From positions 180,773,047-180,837,046 of the forward strand of contig NC_068981.1 of NCBI RefSeq assembly GCF_001194135.2: a stretch of 64,000 nt of DNA. The letters are read 5' to 3'. The stretch comes from Octopus bimaculoides. Taxonomy: Eukaryota. This document shows positions 40,089 through 53,215 of the stretch, piece by piece; position 1 is the stretch's first letter; every line of letters starts with the position of its first letter. A model generated the notes under the pieces. It worked only from the letters and a program-made list of their open reading frames with translations. It did no database searches and was not told where the DNA came from. The position numbers and the translations under genes are program-made.

Positions 40089-41299
40089 TGAGGGTCAGCT
40101 GAAAAGTTCATATGCTGACCAAGATACTCTCATGCAATGTGACTGAATGAGGTTTAACTTTCAACATACTTCCCTTTGCAGCCCACACACTCCTGCCTTT
40201 TGCATCCCCCAAAAAACTGAGGCCATTACTTTCCTTGCAGACAAAATGATGTTGGAGCAGATGCAGAAGGGTGTTTCCATTGCATGGATAGTCTCTTTGT
40301 CTCTGGTTCCAAGTGATGAACCCAACACTCATCTTGGCTTAAGAAACATTCAAGGAAACCAGACGGATCTGCCTTAAATGTCAGATTTTCCTGTGATGTG
40401 ATCAGCCTGGTGCCCCTTTTCACCAATGGAATGCAAAAGGCATAGTATTTATTAACTATTTTCAAAGGGGTCACACCATCAATGGAGAGTACTATGCCAA
40501 CTTGCTGAGGCAATTACAAAAGCTTATCACGACCAAACGCCCAGGAAAACTGATGAAAGGGGTCTTGTTTTATCAGGACAATGTTCCAGCACACAAGTCC
40601 TTGCTTTCAATAGCTGTTGTGCATGACTGTAGCTTTCAGCTGGTTGATCACCCTCCCTATTCTTCTGATTTGACTACATCTGACTATCATCTGTTCCCCA
40701 CTATGAAAAAACACTTGGTTGGGAACCAGTGTTGCAGTGATGGCAACATCAAATCTGTTGTTGATGGCTTTTTTGACTAACAGGATGAAAGTTTCTTCAC
40801 CAATGAGATCCAAGTACTGCAACACTGATGCAAAAACCTTCATCATGCCAAGTTCGTTGTGCAGAATGTTATCAATTTTCTCATGGGATATGCTAATAGC
40901 ATTGGCTATTTGATTTATAGTCAATCACCTATCGTCCAACATTGTGTTCATCACACAATGTTTTCCTCAGTGGTGAAAGGTGCAGGATGTCCAAACTTTG
41001 GGTCATCTTCAAGACACTCCTTTGCCCTCCTAAATTCAGCTGCCCACCTTTGCACTGTTGATAAAGCTGGAGAGTCATACCCTAATGTAGCAACCATGTC
41101 TGCATGAATTTCTTTAAGAGTTAAACCCTTTTTCTGCAGGTACTTGATAAACACAACGTTGCCAAATTTTGTCCATTTTCAAGAGATGCCACAACTAGTT
41201 ACTTTAAGAGCCTTCTTTAAGCATTATTGCATGCAGAATTTCATAGCTCAAGCATCACTCTTTCATCGTCGGCAATATGAACTTTTCAGCCCACCTTCG
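40089..41299 (-). mobile_element. internally rearranged mariner transposon (pseudogenised transposase)
   Basis: TA-flanked TIRs (GCTGAAAAGTTCATA); HTH peptide FIKYLQKKG, QDECWVHHLEPETK on minus, YQDNVPAH and HPPYSSDLTTSDYHLF on plus. Confidence 0.9.
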
Positions 41300-41468
41300 T
41301 AACATGGGTCAATGATCAATCAAAGATTCTGTTTGTACCACAAAAACATGCCCCATCAACTACCCACAATGCTCAGTTATCTAAAATGCACTGAATATCA
41401 TGTGTTTACATGGCCATGCTGCGAGGCTGTGTATTTCCACATGTATTTGCATACATATACCTATTAAC

Positions 41469-41650
41469 ATGGGACCAGTGAAGAGACAAAAGACAAAAGC
41501 ACCTGATCCTAACAAACAGTGCAGATGATTGTCTTCTCTACAGGAAAAGGTAGAGATGATCCAGAAAATGCGTGGTAGTAGAAGCATCACTGTTGTTGGT
41601 TGTGAGTTTGGTGTCAACCAATCCACAATTCATTCCATTTACGAAGTGCA
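41469..41650 (+). mobile_element. pogo/Tigger transposase N-terminal (CENP-B-type HTH) relic
   Basis: Peptide QEKVEMIQKMRGSRSITVVGCEFGVNQSTIHSI with an in-frame stop upstream. Confidence 0.55.
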
Positions 41651-41757
41651 TCGAGATGATTCATTGATCACAGTATTTTTGGGTACCAAATCCTCATGAT
41701 GAACAAGGATAGATGTATTATTATTACTACTACTACTACTACTACTACTACTGAGTG

Positions 41758-41917
41758 ACATTACTTGGTAAGGTTATTGCTACAGATATTCTATAGAAAT
41801 TATAGCTAGAATTAATTTTTGTTATGACATTTCATATCTGAGATGCTGAAATGTCATAACAAAAATCAGTTATAATTTCTATAGAATATCTGTAGAGATA
41901 ACCTTAACAAGTGATGT
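41758..41917. repeat. 160-bp imperfect palindrome (foldback/MITE)
   Basis: Arms ACATTACTTGGTAAGGTTAT..CTACAGATATTCTATAGAAATTATA and TTTTTGTTATGACATTTCA mirrored. Confidence 0.8.
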
Positions 41918-42916
41918 AAAACACACTGCTAACACAGTAGAACAAAGTATAGATTAATAAAATTATTCAATATACTCTTTAGTATATTATGGTTGCATAA
42001 TGAAATACCATGTCCCTACAAGTCATTAATATTGAGTAACAGGACAGTACACACCATCAAAATAATGCTGGGGTACAAATATACAAAGCCCAATCATGAC
42101 TACCGGCCTGATATGGGTACATCAGGTACATGCATCACAACCATATGTGCGCAACATGGTGACCTCATATTGAGATAAACAGTACATGACTTTGCAAGTG
42201 GGTCTCAGTTAAAATTTTCTTCAGGTTGAGTAGCCCATCATGCTCAAAAAAGGTCCCTGAATAAGAATCGTTTAAGGATGATGACTGAAACACCCCTATT
42301 TCCAGGAGTGAACTATTCAAACTCAAAAGAATTCCTCTCAACACATAGTTCTGATTCTCCTTCACTACTCCTACTCATGATCAGAAATGCACATATTGTC
42401 GGCCACTAAGAGACATGTTCAACTGGTTATGATCAAGCAATTGATAAGCAAATCTGGAGTATTTTGCTGTGGCCCATATTTTAGACCAAGACATGTTAAC
42501 ATTTCCAATCAGCTAAGATCAGAAGCCACGAGAGTCAGTGGTACGGTATCAGGGCTATTATCATTATTATTGTTGTTGTTGTTGTTATTATTAAGGCAGT
42601 GAACAGGCAAAATTGTTACCACGCCAGGCATAATGCTTAGCAGTATTTCATCCATCTCTACATTCTGTTCAAATTCAGCCTAGGTTGACTTCACTTTTCG
42701 TCCTTTCGGGGGTCAAAATAAATACCTGTTGAATACTAAGGTCGATGTAACTATAACTGATTTATCCCCTCCCTCAAAACTGGTGGACCTGTGCCAAAAT
42801 TTGAAATTATTATTATTATTATTATTTTTATCAATTTTATGTCACATTAATATTGAGAGAGTTTATCATCTTAAATATGATCTTAAAATTTATTTTGAAA
42901 AATTATACCAACTTAC

Positions 42917-43237
42917 CTACAGTATATTTGCCCTCACTTCCAGAATTGTCACAGGTGCATAAAAAACTTCCTTGTCGATTAGTGCAATGACCACCATTCA
43001 AGCAGATACCATGATTTTCACCAGGAAATATATAATTACATTCGTTAATGTCATTCTCACAATTGGTGCCGTTGTAACCAGTTGGGTATTTTAAGTGCAC
43101 ATTGTTCTCAATTGTTTCTATTTTAAAATCACACTCACATTTATAACTTCCAATACTATTTAAACATTTGCCATTGTGTTGACAAGGTTTCTTTTCACAT
43201 TCATTAATGTCTTCTGAACAGTTGTTTCCTTTCATTC
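42917..43237 (-). CDS. crb: crumbs-type exon 9; two EGF repeats with loop insertions
   Basis: ORF 42903-43235; TAG acceptor, GTAAGT donor; 321 nt, phase 1-1. Confidence 0.9.
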
Positions 43238-44084
43238 CTATAAATGAACAATATTTTTAGATTTATAAGTAAGGAATTGTTTTGCTTTTCATCATTATTA
43301 TTATCATTATTATTGCAAATACAGCAATGAAGATGAAAAAATACAAAAAGTGAAAAAGATTATTCCATACACATTTATGAACTAATGATATTATTTATTT
43401 TATTACATTACATTTAATAGCCTAGTCTTAATATTATAATCATTATTTAACATCTCTTTTCCCATGTTGGCAATGGGTTGGGCAGTTTGACAAGAATAGA
43501 CAAGCCAAATGACTCTGCTTGGTTCCATAATTCCACCCCAACACCAAAAAAAAAAAAAAATTAAGGTACATGGCCTGATGGTTAGAGTGTTAGATTCATG
43601 ACCATAAGGCCATAGTTTCAACTTCCAGACTGGGTGGTATATTGTGTTCTTGAACAAAACACTTCATATCATGTTGCTCTGGTGCAATCAGCTGAAAATA
43701 GGTACCTGTAATAGCTGGAGGAATAGCCCTACTACAAACTGGTGACCTATTCAGTGAAGAGTATCGTATTCTCAGTTCCATCTATACACCAAAGAAACTG
43801 AGAAAACCTTCATGCTAATGATCCTGCAGACTCAAGAGCCCAAACATGGTAAATGAAGTTACTCTTTACCTTTTCCTTGCTTCAGTCATTAGACTATGAC
43901 CATACTGGAGCACAAACTTTGGTCAAATAGATCAACCCAAGTACTTATCTTTTTTAAGCTTGGTACTTATGTTATTGGTCTCTTGCCAAACTACTAAGTC
44001 ACAGGGACATAAACACACCAACAATGGTTGTCAAGCAATAGCTTGGGGCAGGGGGCAGGGAACAGACAACTACCCACCCATGTA

Positions 44085-44136
<52 letters not shown>

Positions 44137-44146
44137 NNNNNNNNNN

Positions 44147-44217
<71 letters not shown>

Positions 44218-45883
44218 TACATACACAAACAGGCTTCTTTCAGTTTCTGTCTCCCAGATCTACTCACAAGGCTTTGGCCAGCCCAAAGCTATAGGAGAAG
44301 ATATTTGCCCAAGAGGCCATGCAATGGGACTGAACATGAAACCATGTGGTTGGGAAGCAAGCTTCTTACCACACAGCCACACTTGTGCCTTTGCAACATG
44401 TTTTCTTTAAAACAAAGTAAATTATCATAGTCAAAGGAACTGAGTGGTGTCCAAGTGGGCAAAAATTAGAAACTATTTCAGCAAGTTCCTGAAATTAAAT
44501 GTGTTAATACTACAGAAGAAATGAAAAATATGCTAAAAGGTCACTAAAAATACAGCTTTTTTACAAAACATTTCCATCTCCTATTACTTAAACCCATTCT
44601 ATTTTGTGATGGTCTTTGATATAAAGAGATTACCAGTTGTTAAGATAAAATTTCTGAGACTATAACCTGCAATTTGCTTCTCTTCATTTATACTTTGCAA
44701 ATTACTGGTTAAAACTGGTGCACACTGGTACGAATTAGAAATTTTATCTATATGCTCAGATATGGCTGTGTGGTAAGAATTTTACTTCCCAACCACATGG
44801 TTGTAGGTTCAGTCCCACTGAGTGCCACTTTGGGCAAGTGTCTTTTGAGTGGATTTGATGGACAGAAACTGAAAGAAGCCTGTAGTGTCATGTGTGTGTG
44901 TGTTTATTATTGTCACCTTGCCTTGACTTTGCATGATAATTGTAAATGAGTGCCACTGTCACACAAGCAGTATCCTTCATATCCAATCTTTTGTGAAAAA
45001 CATTCTTAATCATGCAAAACTATTGCACTAGATGGAAACAGTTCAACCCATGCAAGCATGAAAAGATTTAAAACAGCATTGATGATGTGAGTGCAGCTCC
45101 AGTTTCCATCACCGTCATTTAACATCAATGTTTCATGCTGGCATGGGTTGGACAGTTTGACAGGATCTGATGCCCCTACCACCACCACCACCACCACCAC
45201 CAAGGAATGTATGAGGCGTCGCTGTTTTGGCATGGTTTCTACAGCTGGATACCCTTCTTAATGCTAACCAATTTACATGTACTGGGTGCTTTTTTTTTTT
45301 TCATGCTACCAGGTTTAGTGAGGTTACCATACAGCTTGCAAAACTATGAACCCTTTACACTAGAAGATGAGGTGGAGGGGAGTGGGTTAAAAGTATGAGA
45401 GAAAAGGGCCAGAATAAAACAGGTTTCTCTCTGTTGGGCAGCTACATGACTACTGGCATTTTAAAAGCGAGGGTGGGGAGTGAGACTTATTTCAACATAG
45501 TCATGACAAAAGAAACCATTATTAAAGAAAATAAAGGTTAGTTGAGTTAGAGGTTAAAATAACCATCTAGGGATAGAAGTATCCATTACACTACTGGTAT
45601 ATTACCTATGTTTAACCATGGGCATACATATGCAAACATATTATTCTCATAAACTATAGGTAAAGACAAGGATAAACATGGGATTATCAAGAATCAGAAT
45701 TCAAAGAAAACAGAAAATGGAGTACTAATGAATAGCAATTGACTTACATCAATTATTATTTATTAATTCAATGCAAATAGACTGCATCCCATCTAACAGC
45801 TGTTACTGCTTCCAATGTGGTATGGTATTACCATTGATATGCAAAAATATTTATCTAAGAAAATATATTAAAAATTTACAAAC

Positions 45884-46222
45884 CTATTGGACAAGCACAA
45901 TGATAGGAATTTATTTCATCAAAGCAGACTGTGCCATTTTCACACGTCACATTTTTACAGTCGTCAATATTATTCTCACAGTTGACACCATCGAAGCCTA
46001 ATACACATGAGCAATTGTAGTCCCGAAACCGTTTTAGTGAAGAACACGTGGCATTGTTTTGACAAGGTTTAAATGAACATGCATCATATTCCTCACTGCA
46101 ATTCTTTCCCATCCATTCTGATGTGCAATTGCAAAAATAATCGTTCACTAAATCTTTACATTTTCCTCCATTTTGACAAGGGTTGATCAGACAGTCATTA
46201 ATATCTATACTGCAGTTTTTAC
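45884..46222 (-). CDS. crb: crumbs-type exon 8; three EGF repeats
   Basis: ORF 45876-46148 extended upstream; TTTCAG acceptor, GTTTGT donor; 339 nt, phase 1-1. Confidence 0.9.
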
Positions 46223-46855
46223 CTGAAATATAAGTTAAACAGTGTTACACAATATCTCTGAATAGAAGAATCGCCAAGAAGACATTTTAGTATTATTAAA
46301 CAGCAGTTGTGTGAAAAGAAAATCAACAAAAAGGAATATATATCTTTAAGGTAATGCTAGTCATAACACACATTCTATGTAGAGCACTTTTAATACAGTA
46401 AAAATAACACTACCAAAATAAACCACAGCACACACCTAAAGCACACAGAACTGCCCTTGGTAGTGCAGTGAAAGCACAACAAAAATAGGACAACTGAATA
46501 AAAATAATAACAATAATAACAAGTGCATTCAGAGAGTGCAAACCTCTGCCAAGGCAACACCAACGTCCTCTCAACAATTAGCTAGAGATGACTTTTAAAA
46601 TGAGAATATCTGAAATAAACTCGACTGCTCTCACAAACAAGAATACTAAAAATGAACCTGACCAATCTCAAAAATTAAGTAAAACAAATTAGGAAAAATA
46701 ATCCAGAATCCTTGTCCGGTACCTCGACGACAGCTTTTGCACTCAGAACAGAAAAACAGACGAAATGCCACTAAGCATTTTTAGAGTGTACTAACAGTTC
46801 TGCCAGCTCTCCACATAATAATGATAATAATAATAATAATAATAAAAAACTCTAC

Positions 46856-47009
46856 CTTCATATCCAGGTACACAGGAACAATTGTAATCATTAAGAAGGT
46901 TTTTGCATTGAGCACCATTCTGACACAGTCCCAACGAACATTCGTCAAAGTCCTTAGAACAGTTTACTCCAGTCCAGCCAGGGGCACAATTACATTTGTA
47001 GTTTTGTAT
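46856..47009 (-). CDS. crb: crumbs-type exon 7; EGF (IQNYKCNCAPGWTGVNCSKDFDEC...VPGYE)
   Basis: Manual translation; TCTGTCAG acceptor, GTAGAG donor; 154 nt, phase 0-1. Confidence 0.9.
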
Positions 47010-47069
47010 CTGACAGAAAAATACAGTTTATAAAAAAAAAGATTAACAGCTGTTTTTAAACATATGTGC

Positions 47070-47107
<38 letters not shown>

Positions 47108-47799
47108 ATATGTGAACTTGCCTGCATGCATATGCACATGTGCTTGTACGTGCCTGTATGTGTAGATGTGAGATTACCTGTGTCTTATCATAGAGAAAAC
47201 TACAGTTGATGGTGATATAGTGGAAGATGGAGCTTGTCTAGTTGATTGACAGATAGAGAGATAGATGGACAGAGATAAACCCTAGTTTGAAAATAAACAT
47301 GCTGATATAAGCTCTTCTGGACATGCAATGATCATAACTACAACAAGCTGCTGTGATAATGTGTATGTTGGCATTAGTTAAGGCATCACACCTCAGCAAC
47401 AATATGCCTAGTGCCTACACACGATGTCTCGAGGTAGTTTACAGTTAATTGTAGATCTAAAGCTTTAAAGAATGAGATGCAGCAAGCTGCATTCAATCAG
47501 TCGTTTGATACGATACAGTATTGTCAGGGTACTGGTTGGTGTAAAATGTTACTTGTCATCATCATTGTCATCAAAACCACCATCGTTGTCACCATAATCA
47601 TCATTATCATTCTAATGCCTACTTTTCCATGCTTGTATAAGTCAGACTGAATTTGTCAAAGCAAACTTTCTATGGCTGGATGCCCTGCCTGTCTGCCAAC
47701 CCTCACCTGTTTCCAGGTAAGGTAATAATTCTCTATGACCAGACATGTTTCCATGAAATACTGGAAAAGAATGACACTGCATGTATAACAAGCACTTGT

Positions 47800-48115
47800 G
47801 CTGGTGGCACGTTAGAAAATCATTCGAGCGAGGTCGTTGCCAGTGCCGCTGGACTGGCTCCCGTGCAGGTGGCACATAAAAACCACCTTTTTGAGCATGG
47901 CTGTTGCCAGTACCGCCTGACTGGCCCTCGTGCCGGTGGCATGTAAAAGCACCCACTACACTCTCCGAGTGGTTGGCGTTAGGAAGGGCATCCAACTGTA
48001 GAAACTCTGCCAGGTCAGACTGGAGCCTGGTGCAGCCATCTGGTTCGCCAGTCCTCAGTCAAATTGTTCAACCCATGCTAGCATGGAAAGCGGACGTTAA
48101 ACAATGATGATGATG
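47800..48115 (+). mobile_element. RTE LINE 3' UTR copy with (GAT)n tail
   Basis: Family sequence AAAGCACCCACTACACTCTC...GGACGTTAAAC(GAT)n. Confidence 0.85.
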
Positions 48116-48160
48116 CAATGAAGAGACAAGGAGAACCAACAAACACACACACACACACGC

Positions 48161-48369
48161 TATATAGAGGAGATGTTGAAAACTTCCTGGGTGTTGCAAA
48201 TAAACCTGGTTGGAAGCCCAACCTTCCGAGTTCTTTTAAATGGCTTAGGAAAATTGACAGACTGCTGTGTGTGAATCTGAGAGAGGAATATGTTGTATAA
48301 AATCATAATTAACTGATCCTCCTGTATTTACTTTTATCCAAAGTCAGGAACTTTTCAGCACACCCTTGA
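48161..48369. mobile_element. short mariner-type MITE
   Basis: Degenerate TIRs GTTGAAAACTTCCTG / CAGGAACTTTTCAGCACACCCTTG. Confidence 0.6.
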
Positions 48370-48614
48370 GCATGTATGTGTGTGTATATATATTCTTTTT
48401 ATTCTTTTACTTGTTTCAGCCATTTGAATTGAAGCACCACCTTAAAGAGTTTTAGTCAAAGAAATCGACTCCAGGACTTATTGTTTGTTAGCCTAGTACT
48501 TATTCTATTGGTCTCTTTTGCCAAGCCGCTAAGTCACAGGGATGTAAACACAAAATGATTGGGTGTCAGGCGATGGTGATGGGGACAAACACAAAGACAC
48601 ACACACACACAAAT

Positions 48615-49280
48615 CATCATCATCATCATCATCGTTTAACGTCCGCTTTCCATGCTAGCATGGGTTGGACGATTTGACTGAGGACTGGTGAAACCGGATG
48701 GCAACACCAGGCTCCAGTCTGATTTGGCAGAGTTTCTACAGCTGGATGCCCTTCCTAACGCCAACCACTCAGAGAGTGTAGTGGGTGCTTTTACGTGTCA
48801 CCCGCACGAAANNNNNNNNNNNNNNNNNNNNNNNNNNNNNNNNNNNNNNNNNNNNNNNNNNNNNNNNNNNNNNNNNNNNNNNNNNNNNNNNNNNNNNNNN
48901 NNNNNNNNNNNNNNNNNNNNNNNCTCGAAATGGTGTCTTTTATGTGCCACCCACACAAGCTAGTCCAGGGGCACTGGCAACGATCTCGCTCGAAAATCCT
49001 ACAGGAGCCAGTCAGGCGGTACTGGCAATGGCCATGCTCAAAATGGTGCATCTCATGTGCCACCCGCACAAGAACCAGTCCAGGGGCACTGGCAACGATC
49101 TTACTTGGCTTGCCGGGTCTTCTCACGCACAGCACATTTCCAAAGGTCTCGGTCAGTAGTCATCGCCTCGGTGAGGCCCAATGTACGAAGGTCTTGCCTC
49201 ACCACCTCAGCCCAGGTCTTCCTGGGCCTACCTCTTCCACGGGTTCCCTCAACTGTTAGGGTGTGGCACTTTTTCACGCA
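48615..49280 (-). mobile_element. 5'-truncated RTE LINE: ORF C-terminus, 3' UTR and (GAT)n tail (contains gap)
   Basis: ORF 49101-49301 VEGTRGRGRPRKTWAEVVRQDL...; 3' UTR identical to the dispersed family (other copies about 7980-8135, 11705-11960, 12810-13015, 25480-25855, 28385-28600, 51303-51497, 54845-55040). Confidence 0.9.
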
Positions 49281-49885
49281 GCTATCCTCCTCCATTCTCA
49301 CTAATATATATATATATATTATATATATATATATGACAGGCTTCTTTCAGTTTCCGTTGACCAAATCAACTCACAAGGCTTTGGTCAGCCCAAGGCTATA
49401 GTAAAAAAACACTGACCCAAGGTACCATGTAGTGGAACTGAACCTAGACCCATGCGGTTGGGAAGCAAGCTTCTTACCAAACAGCCACACCTGCACCTAT
49501 ATATATATACACACGCATACATACACACACACACACACAACAGGCTTCTTCAGTCACCGTCTACAATATCCATCTGTTCACAAGTCTCTGGTTGACCTGG
49601 GACTATAGAAGACACTGACTGAAGATGCCACACAACAGGAGTGAACCTGAAGCCATATGGTTTATGCAGAGTACAATATTAAATTTTGACTGTAGGCTCA
49701 AGTGTAGAACATTAAAATGTTCAGGGTAAATTATTACATATAAACTGTTACATATAGTATTCATTGTGAGTTAAGAAAAGAAGGAAAAGGGGAAGAGAAG
49801 AAAGAGGAGCAAAGAAGAGGAGGGAGAAAAAGCCAAAGAGGAGGAGGAGGAGGAGGTTGTTATGTGAAACAACAGACAAACTTAC

Positions 49886-50012
49886 CAGATCAATGCAAAC
49901 ACCCCCATTCTTGCAGGGCTTATCAGCACAGTCATCAATATTCGTGCTACAGTTCCGATCCTTAAAACCTCCGGCACACTTACATGTATAGTTATTAATG
50001 CCATCAAGGCAA
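49886..50012 (-). CDS. crb: crumbs-type exon 6; EGF (CLDGINNYTCKC...NIDDCADKPCKNGGVCIDL)
   Basis: Manual translation; TTTCAG acceptor, GTAAGT donor; 127 nt, phase 2-0. Confidence 0.9.
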
Positions 50013-50648
50013 CTGAAAGAACATCAAGAGGTAAAAAAGCTTTACAAACTTTTCATTCTTTCACACACATACTTTCATCCTCTCTTCTAAATGTTAACCA
50101 TGTAGCTCCTTCACAACAAGAAACTTCCTCTCCACCTGCTCTCATATGTTGAACCTTCATCTCACATAAAGCATCACCCATCTCCCTTGGTTTTTAGCTT
50201 TACAGCATGGTGACCTCACTACTGTTGGTATCATGCGAAAAAGCACCCAGTACACACTGTAAACTGGTTGGCTTGACAAGGGCAGAAACCGTGCCAAAGT
50301 AGACAGTGGAGCATGATGCTGTCTTTGGACCCACCAGATCCTGTCAAATCGTCCAACACGTGACAGCATGTGACATGGACGTTAATTGATGATGTTAATA
50401 ATGAAGAAAGGTGCAAGAACAGGGAAGTATATTCTATAAGACTATGTAATGTTACTTGCTTACAAATGAGGACTTGTGACAAGATGGGCATCCAGCCGTA
50501 GAAAACATTTGCCTCAACAAATTCCATCTAACCCATGCAAACATGAAAAAGTGAGCATTAAAATGAGAATGAACACAATGGTAATATAATTTATTTGTTT
50601 TTCTATTTTCCTTCCATCTATCTTGAAAAATTAAAAGGATAAAAAGAG

Positions 50649-50984
50649 CCCCTTTGGTCATGAATGACCATGGGATTGCACTTTTGCACCTAGAAAGTTC
50701 CCCTCCAAGGCACAAGTCCAGACAAGGCTGTAGCATGAAAGACCAGAAGACACCCATGCATGCAGGCCTTCCCTCTCCATGCCACCGATGTTATCCAAGG
50801 GAAAGGCAAAGGCTAATACAGCTTGGCACCAGTGACATCGCAACTCATTTCTACAGCTGAGTTAACTGGAGTAATGTGAAATAAAGTGACTTGCTCAAGA
50901 ACACAACACACAGCCTGGTCCAGGAATCGAACTCACTACCTCATGAGCATGAGCCCGATGCTCCAACCACCGAGTCATGCGCCT
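50649..50984 (-). mobile_element. tRNA-derived SINE with Meta-like domain (second copy about 25072-25390)
   Basis: A/B-box-like head (GAGTTCGATTCC) followed by GTGTTGTGTTCTTGAGCAAG.CACTTTATTTCAC; two copies align. Confidence 0.7.
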
Positions 50985-51017
50985 TTACCTTCACAGACAA
51001 AGTACAACTGTCTAAAA

Positions 51018-51768
51018 GAGTGGTTCTCAACCATTTTCTTTCTCTGGACCCTTTTGATTACTATTATATTCTGGTGGACTCCTGTAGCCATTCAGTGTTC
51101 AAAAACTAATTTTACAGATACTTCTTTCAAAATTCCTGTTTTGTTATTCACTCATTTACTTGTAAAGGTGGAACTATATGAAATGTTAGAGAAAGAAACC
51201 TGGCTGTTTCTTGCAATACATACAATTAAAGCAGAGGTTTTTAACCATTTTTTATCTACAGACCCCTTTGAAATACTATTTTATTCTGGTGGACCCCAAC
51301 AACATCATCATCATCATCATCATCGTTTAACGTCCGCTTTCCATGCTAGCATGGGTTGGACGATTTGACTGAGGACTGGTGAAACCGGATGGCAACACCA
51401 GGCTCCAATCTGATTTGGCAGAGTTTCTACAGCTGGATGCCCTTCCTAACGCCAACCACTCAGAGAGTGTAGTGGGTGCTTTTACGTATCACACCCAGTC
51501 AATATTTAAAAACTAATTTTATAGATACTTCTTTCAAAATTCCTATTTTGTCTTATTACAAATCCCTTTGTGTAGGTTAAATTATGTAAAACGTTAGAGA
51601 AAGAAACCAAGTTGTTTCTTGCAATACATACATTTCAATCAAAACTTTATATGAACCCATAAAATACTATTGTGGACCCCCAGTTTACTATTTTGCTAGT
51701 GTGGACCACCTCCCCATCAAATCTTATCTGGAGTCCCAGAATTTATATGGACTGGTTGAGAACCACTA
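51018..51768. mobile_element. hAT/Charlie-like MITE with internal duplication, interrupted by an RTE tail
   Basis: AGTGGTTCTCAACC / GGTTGAGAACCACT termini; lone right ends at about 385-420 and 11005-11085. Confidence 0.7.
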
Positions 51769-52574
51769 AAACAATATCAGTGAGATTTGGCTGCAAGTTC
51801 TATCATGTCTAGTTATCATGTCGAGTCTTCCTCCATGTTGGCTTGACTTTTATCTCTGGAGCACATGCATGCTAATGCTGATTTATCTCCAGTACTTGAT
51901 GTACAGCACAGTCATTACAGTGTTGAGATTATCTCATGGTATTTGTCCTGGTTTCCTAATTCAAACTCTACTGAGACCCAGTTTCTCTTTCAACCCTTTC
52001 GGATCAATAAATAAAGTACCAATCAAAGTACTGTACTGGGGTCAGTTTATTCTCTCACTCCTTCTCAGAACTGGCTACTTCTCTTTGATGAAAAATAAAT
52101 TGTTTGTTTCTACCAATTAATACAAATATAAGTTGAATTTCCATGAAAGTGTCCAACTTTGATGACATTTTTTTCTTGAGCCTTAAGATTCATAAGGTTG
52201 GACACCCAATTTCCATAGCATATAAGTGATTGAGATCACAATATTCTCCTGAACAGGACACTAGTCAACTGCAGCACTCAAAGCTCGCAATTTCGAGGGG
52301 AGGGGACAAGTCAATTATATCAGCCCAGTACTTGATTGATACTTTATTTTATCAACCCCAAAAGGATGAAAAGCAAAGGTGACCCCTGTGGGGTTTGAAC
52401 ACTGAACATAAAGAGCCAGAAGAAATGCCACTAAGCATCTTGCCCAATCTTCATCATTATCATCATTTAACATTCGTTTTCTCTGTTGGCATGAGTAGGA
52501 TGGTTTGACAGGAGCTGCAACAGCTGGATGCCCTTCCTAATGCCAACCACTTTACAGAATTTACTGGATGCTTT

Positions 52575-52800
52575 TTATGTGGTGCCAGCATGGGTGCTTT
52601 TTACAAGGCACCAACACAGATGCTTGTCACATAGTGCCAGCATGAGTGCCTTTTTATGTGGCACTAGCATGAGTGCTTTTTATGAAGCACCAGTATGGCT
52701 GCTTTTTATGAGGCACCAACACAGGTGCTTTTTACATGGCACCAGTGTGGTTGCTCTTCTACATAGAGCCAGCATGAGTGCTCTTTTATGTGGTACTGGA
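52575..52800. repeat. degenerate minisatellite of GCACC-N5/6-GGTGC-TTTTATGTG units (also about 53880-54120 and 13435-13560)
   Basis: Repeated motif visible in sequence. Confidence 0.7.
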
Positions 52801-53037
52801 GGAGGTGTGCCACATTACCTTGATGACTACATGCTTCAAAACAATGAAATATATTGGGACTGGTGCAGAAATGCTGGGAATGTCTTTAATTATAGCTCTT
52901 TTAAATCTCAATCAGGGTTCTCCTAGGACTAAAATGGAACCTGATCCAATTTCAGTAACTTATATCAATTAAACAATAAGGACAATGTAAACCAAAATGA
53001 CACAATAAAACATTATCTACAAAAATAAGTTACTCAC

Positions 53038-53215
53038 GTAGCATTATTCTGGCAAGGAGAAGGTTCACAATCATCAATATTATTGTCGCAAGTGTTTCCA
53101 TTAAAACCAAGAATGCAGTCACATTGAAATTTGTTCTCCAAGTTAATACAAGTTGCATTATTCTTACATGGATCACTGTCACATTCATTAATGTCCTTGC
53201 AATCCTCTACTGAAC
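53038..53215 (-). CDS. crb: crumbs-type exon 5; EGF repeats (SVEDCKDINECDSDPC...NIDDCEPSPCQNNA)
   Basis: Manual translation; CTAG acceptor, GTGAGT donor; 178 nt, phase 1-2. Confidence 0.9.

Noticed and set aside
52575-52800. CRISPR-like array
   Set aside because: Eukaryotic intron, degenerate units without unique spacers, no cas genes; it is a minisatellite
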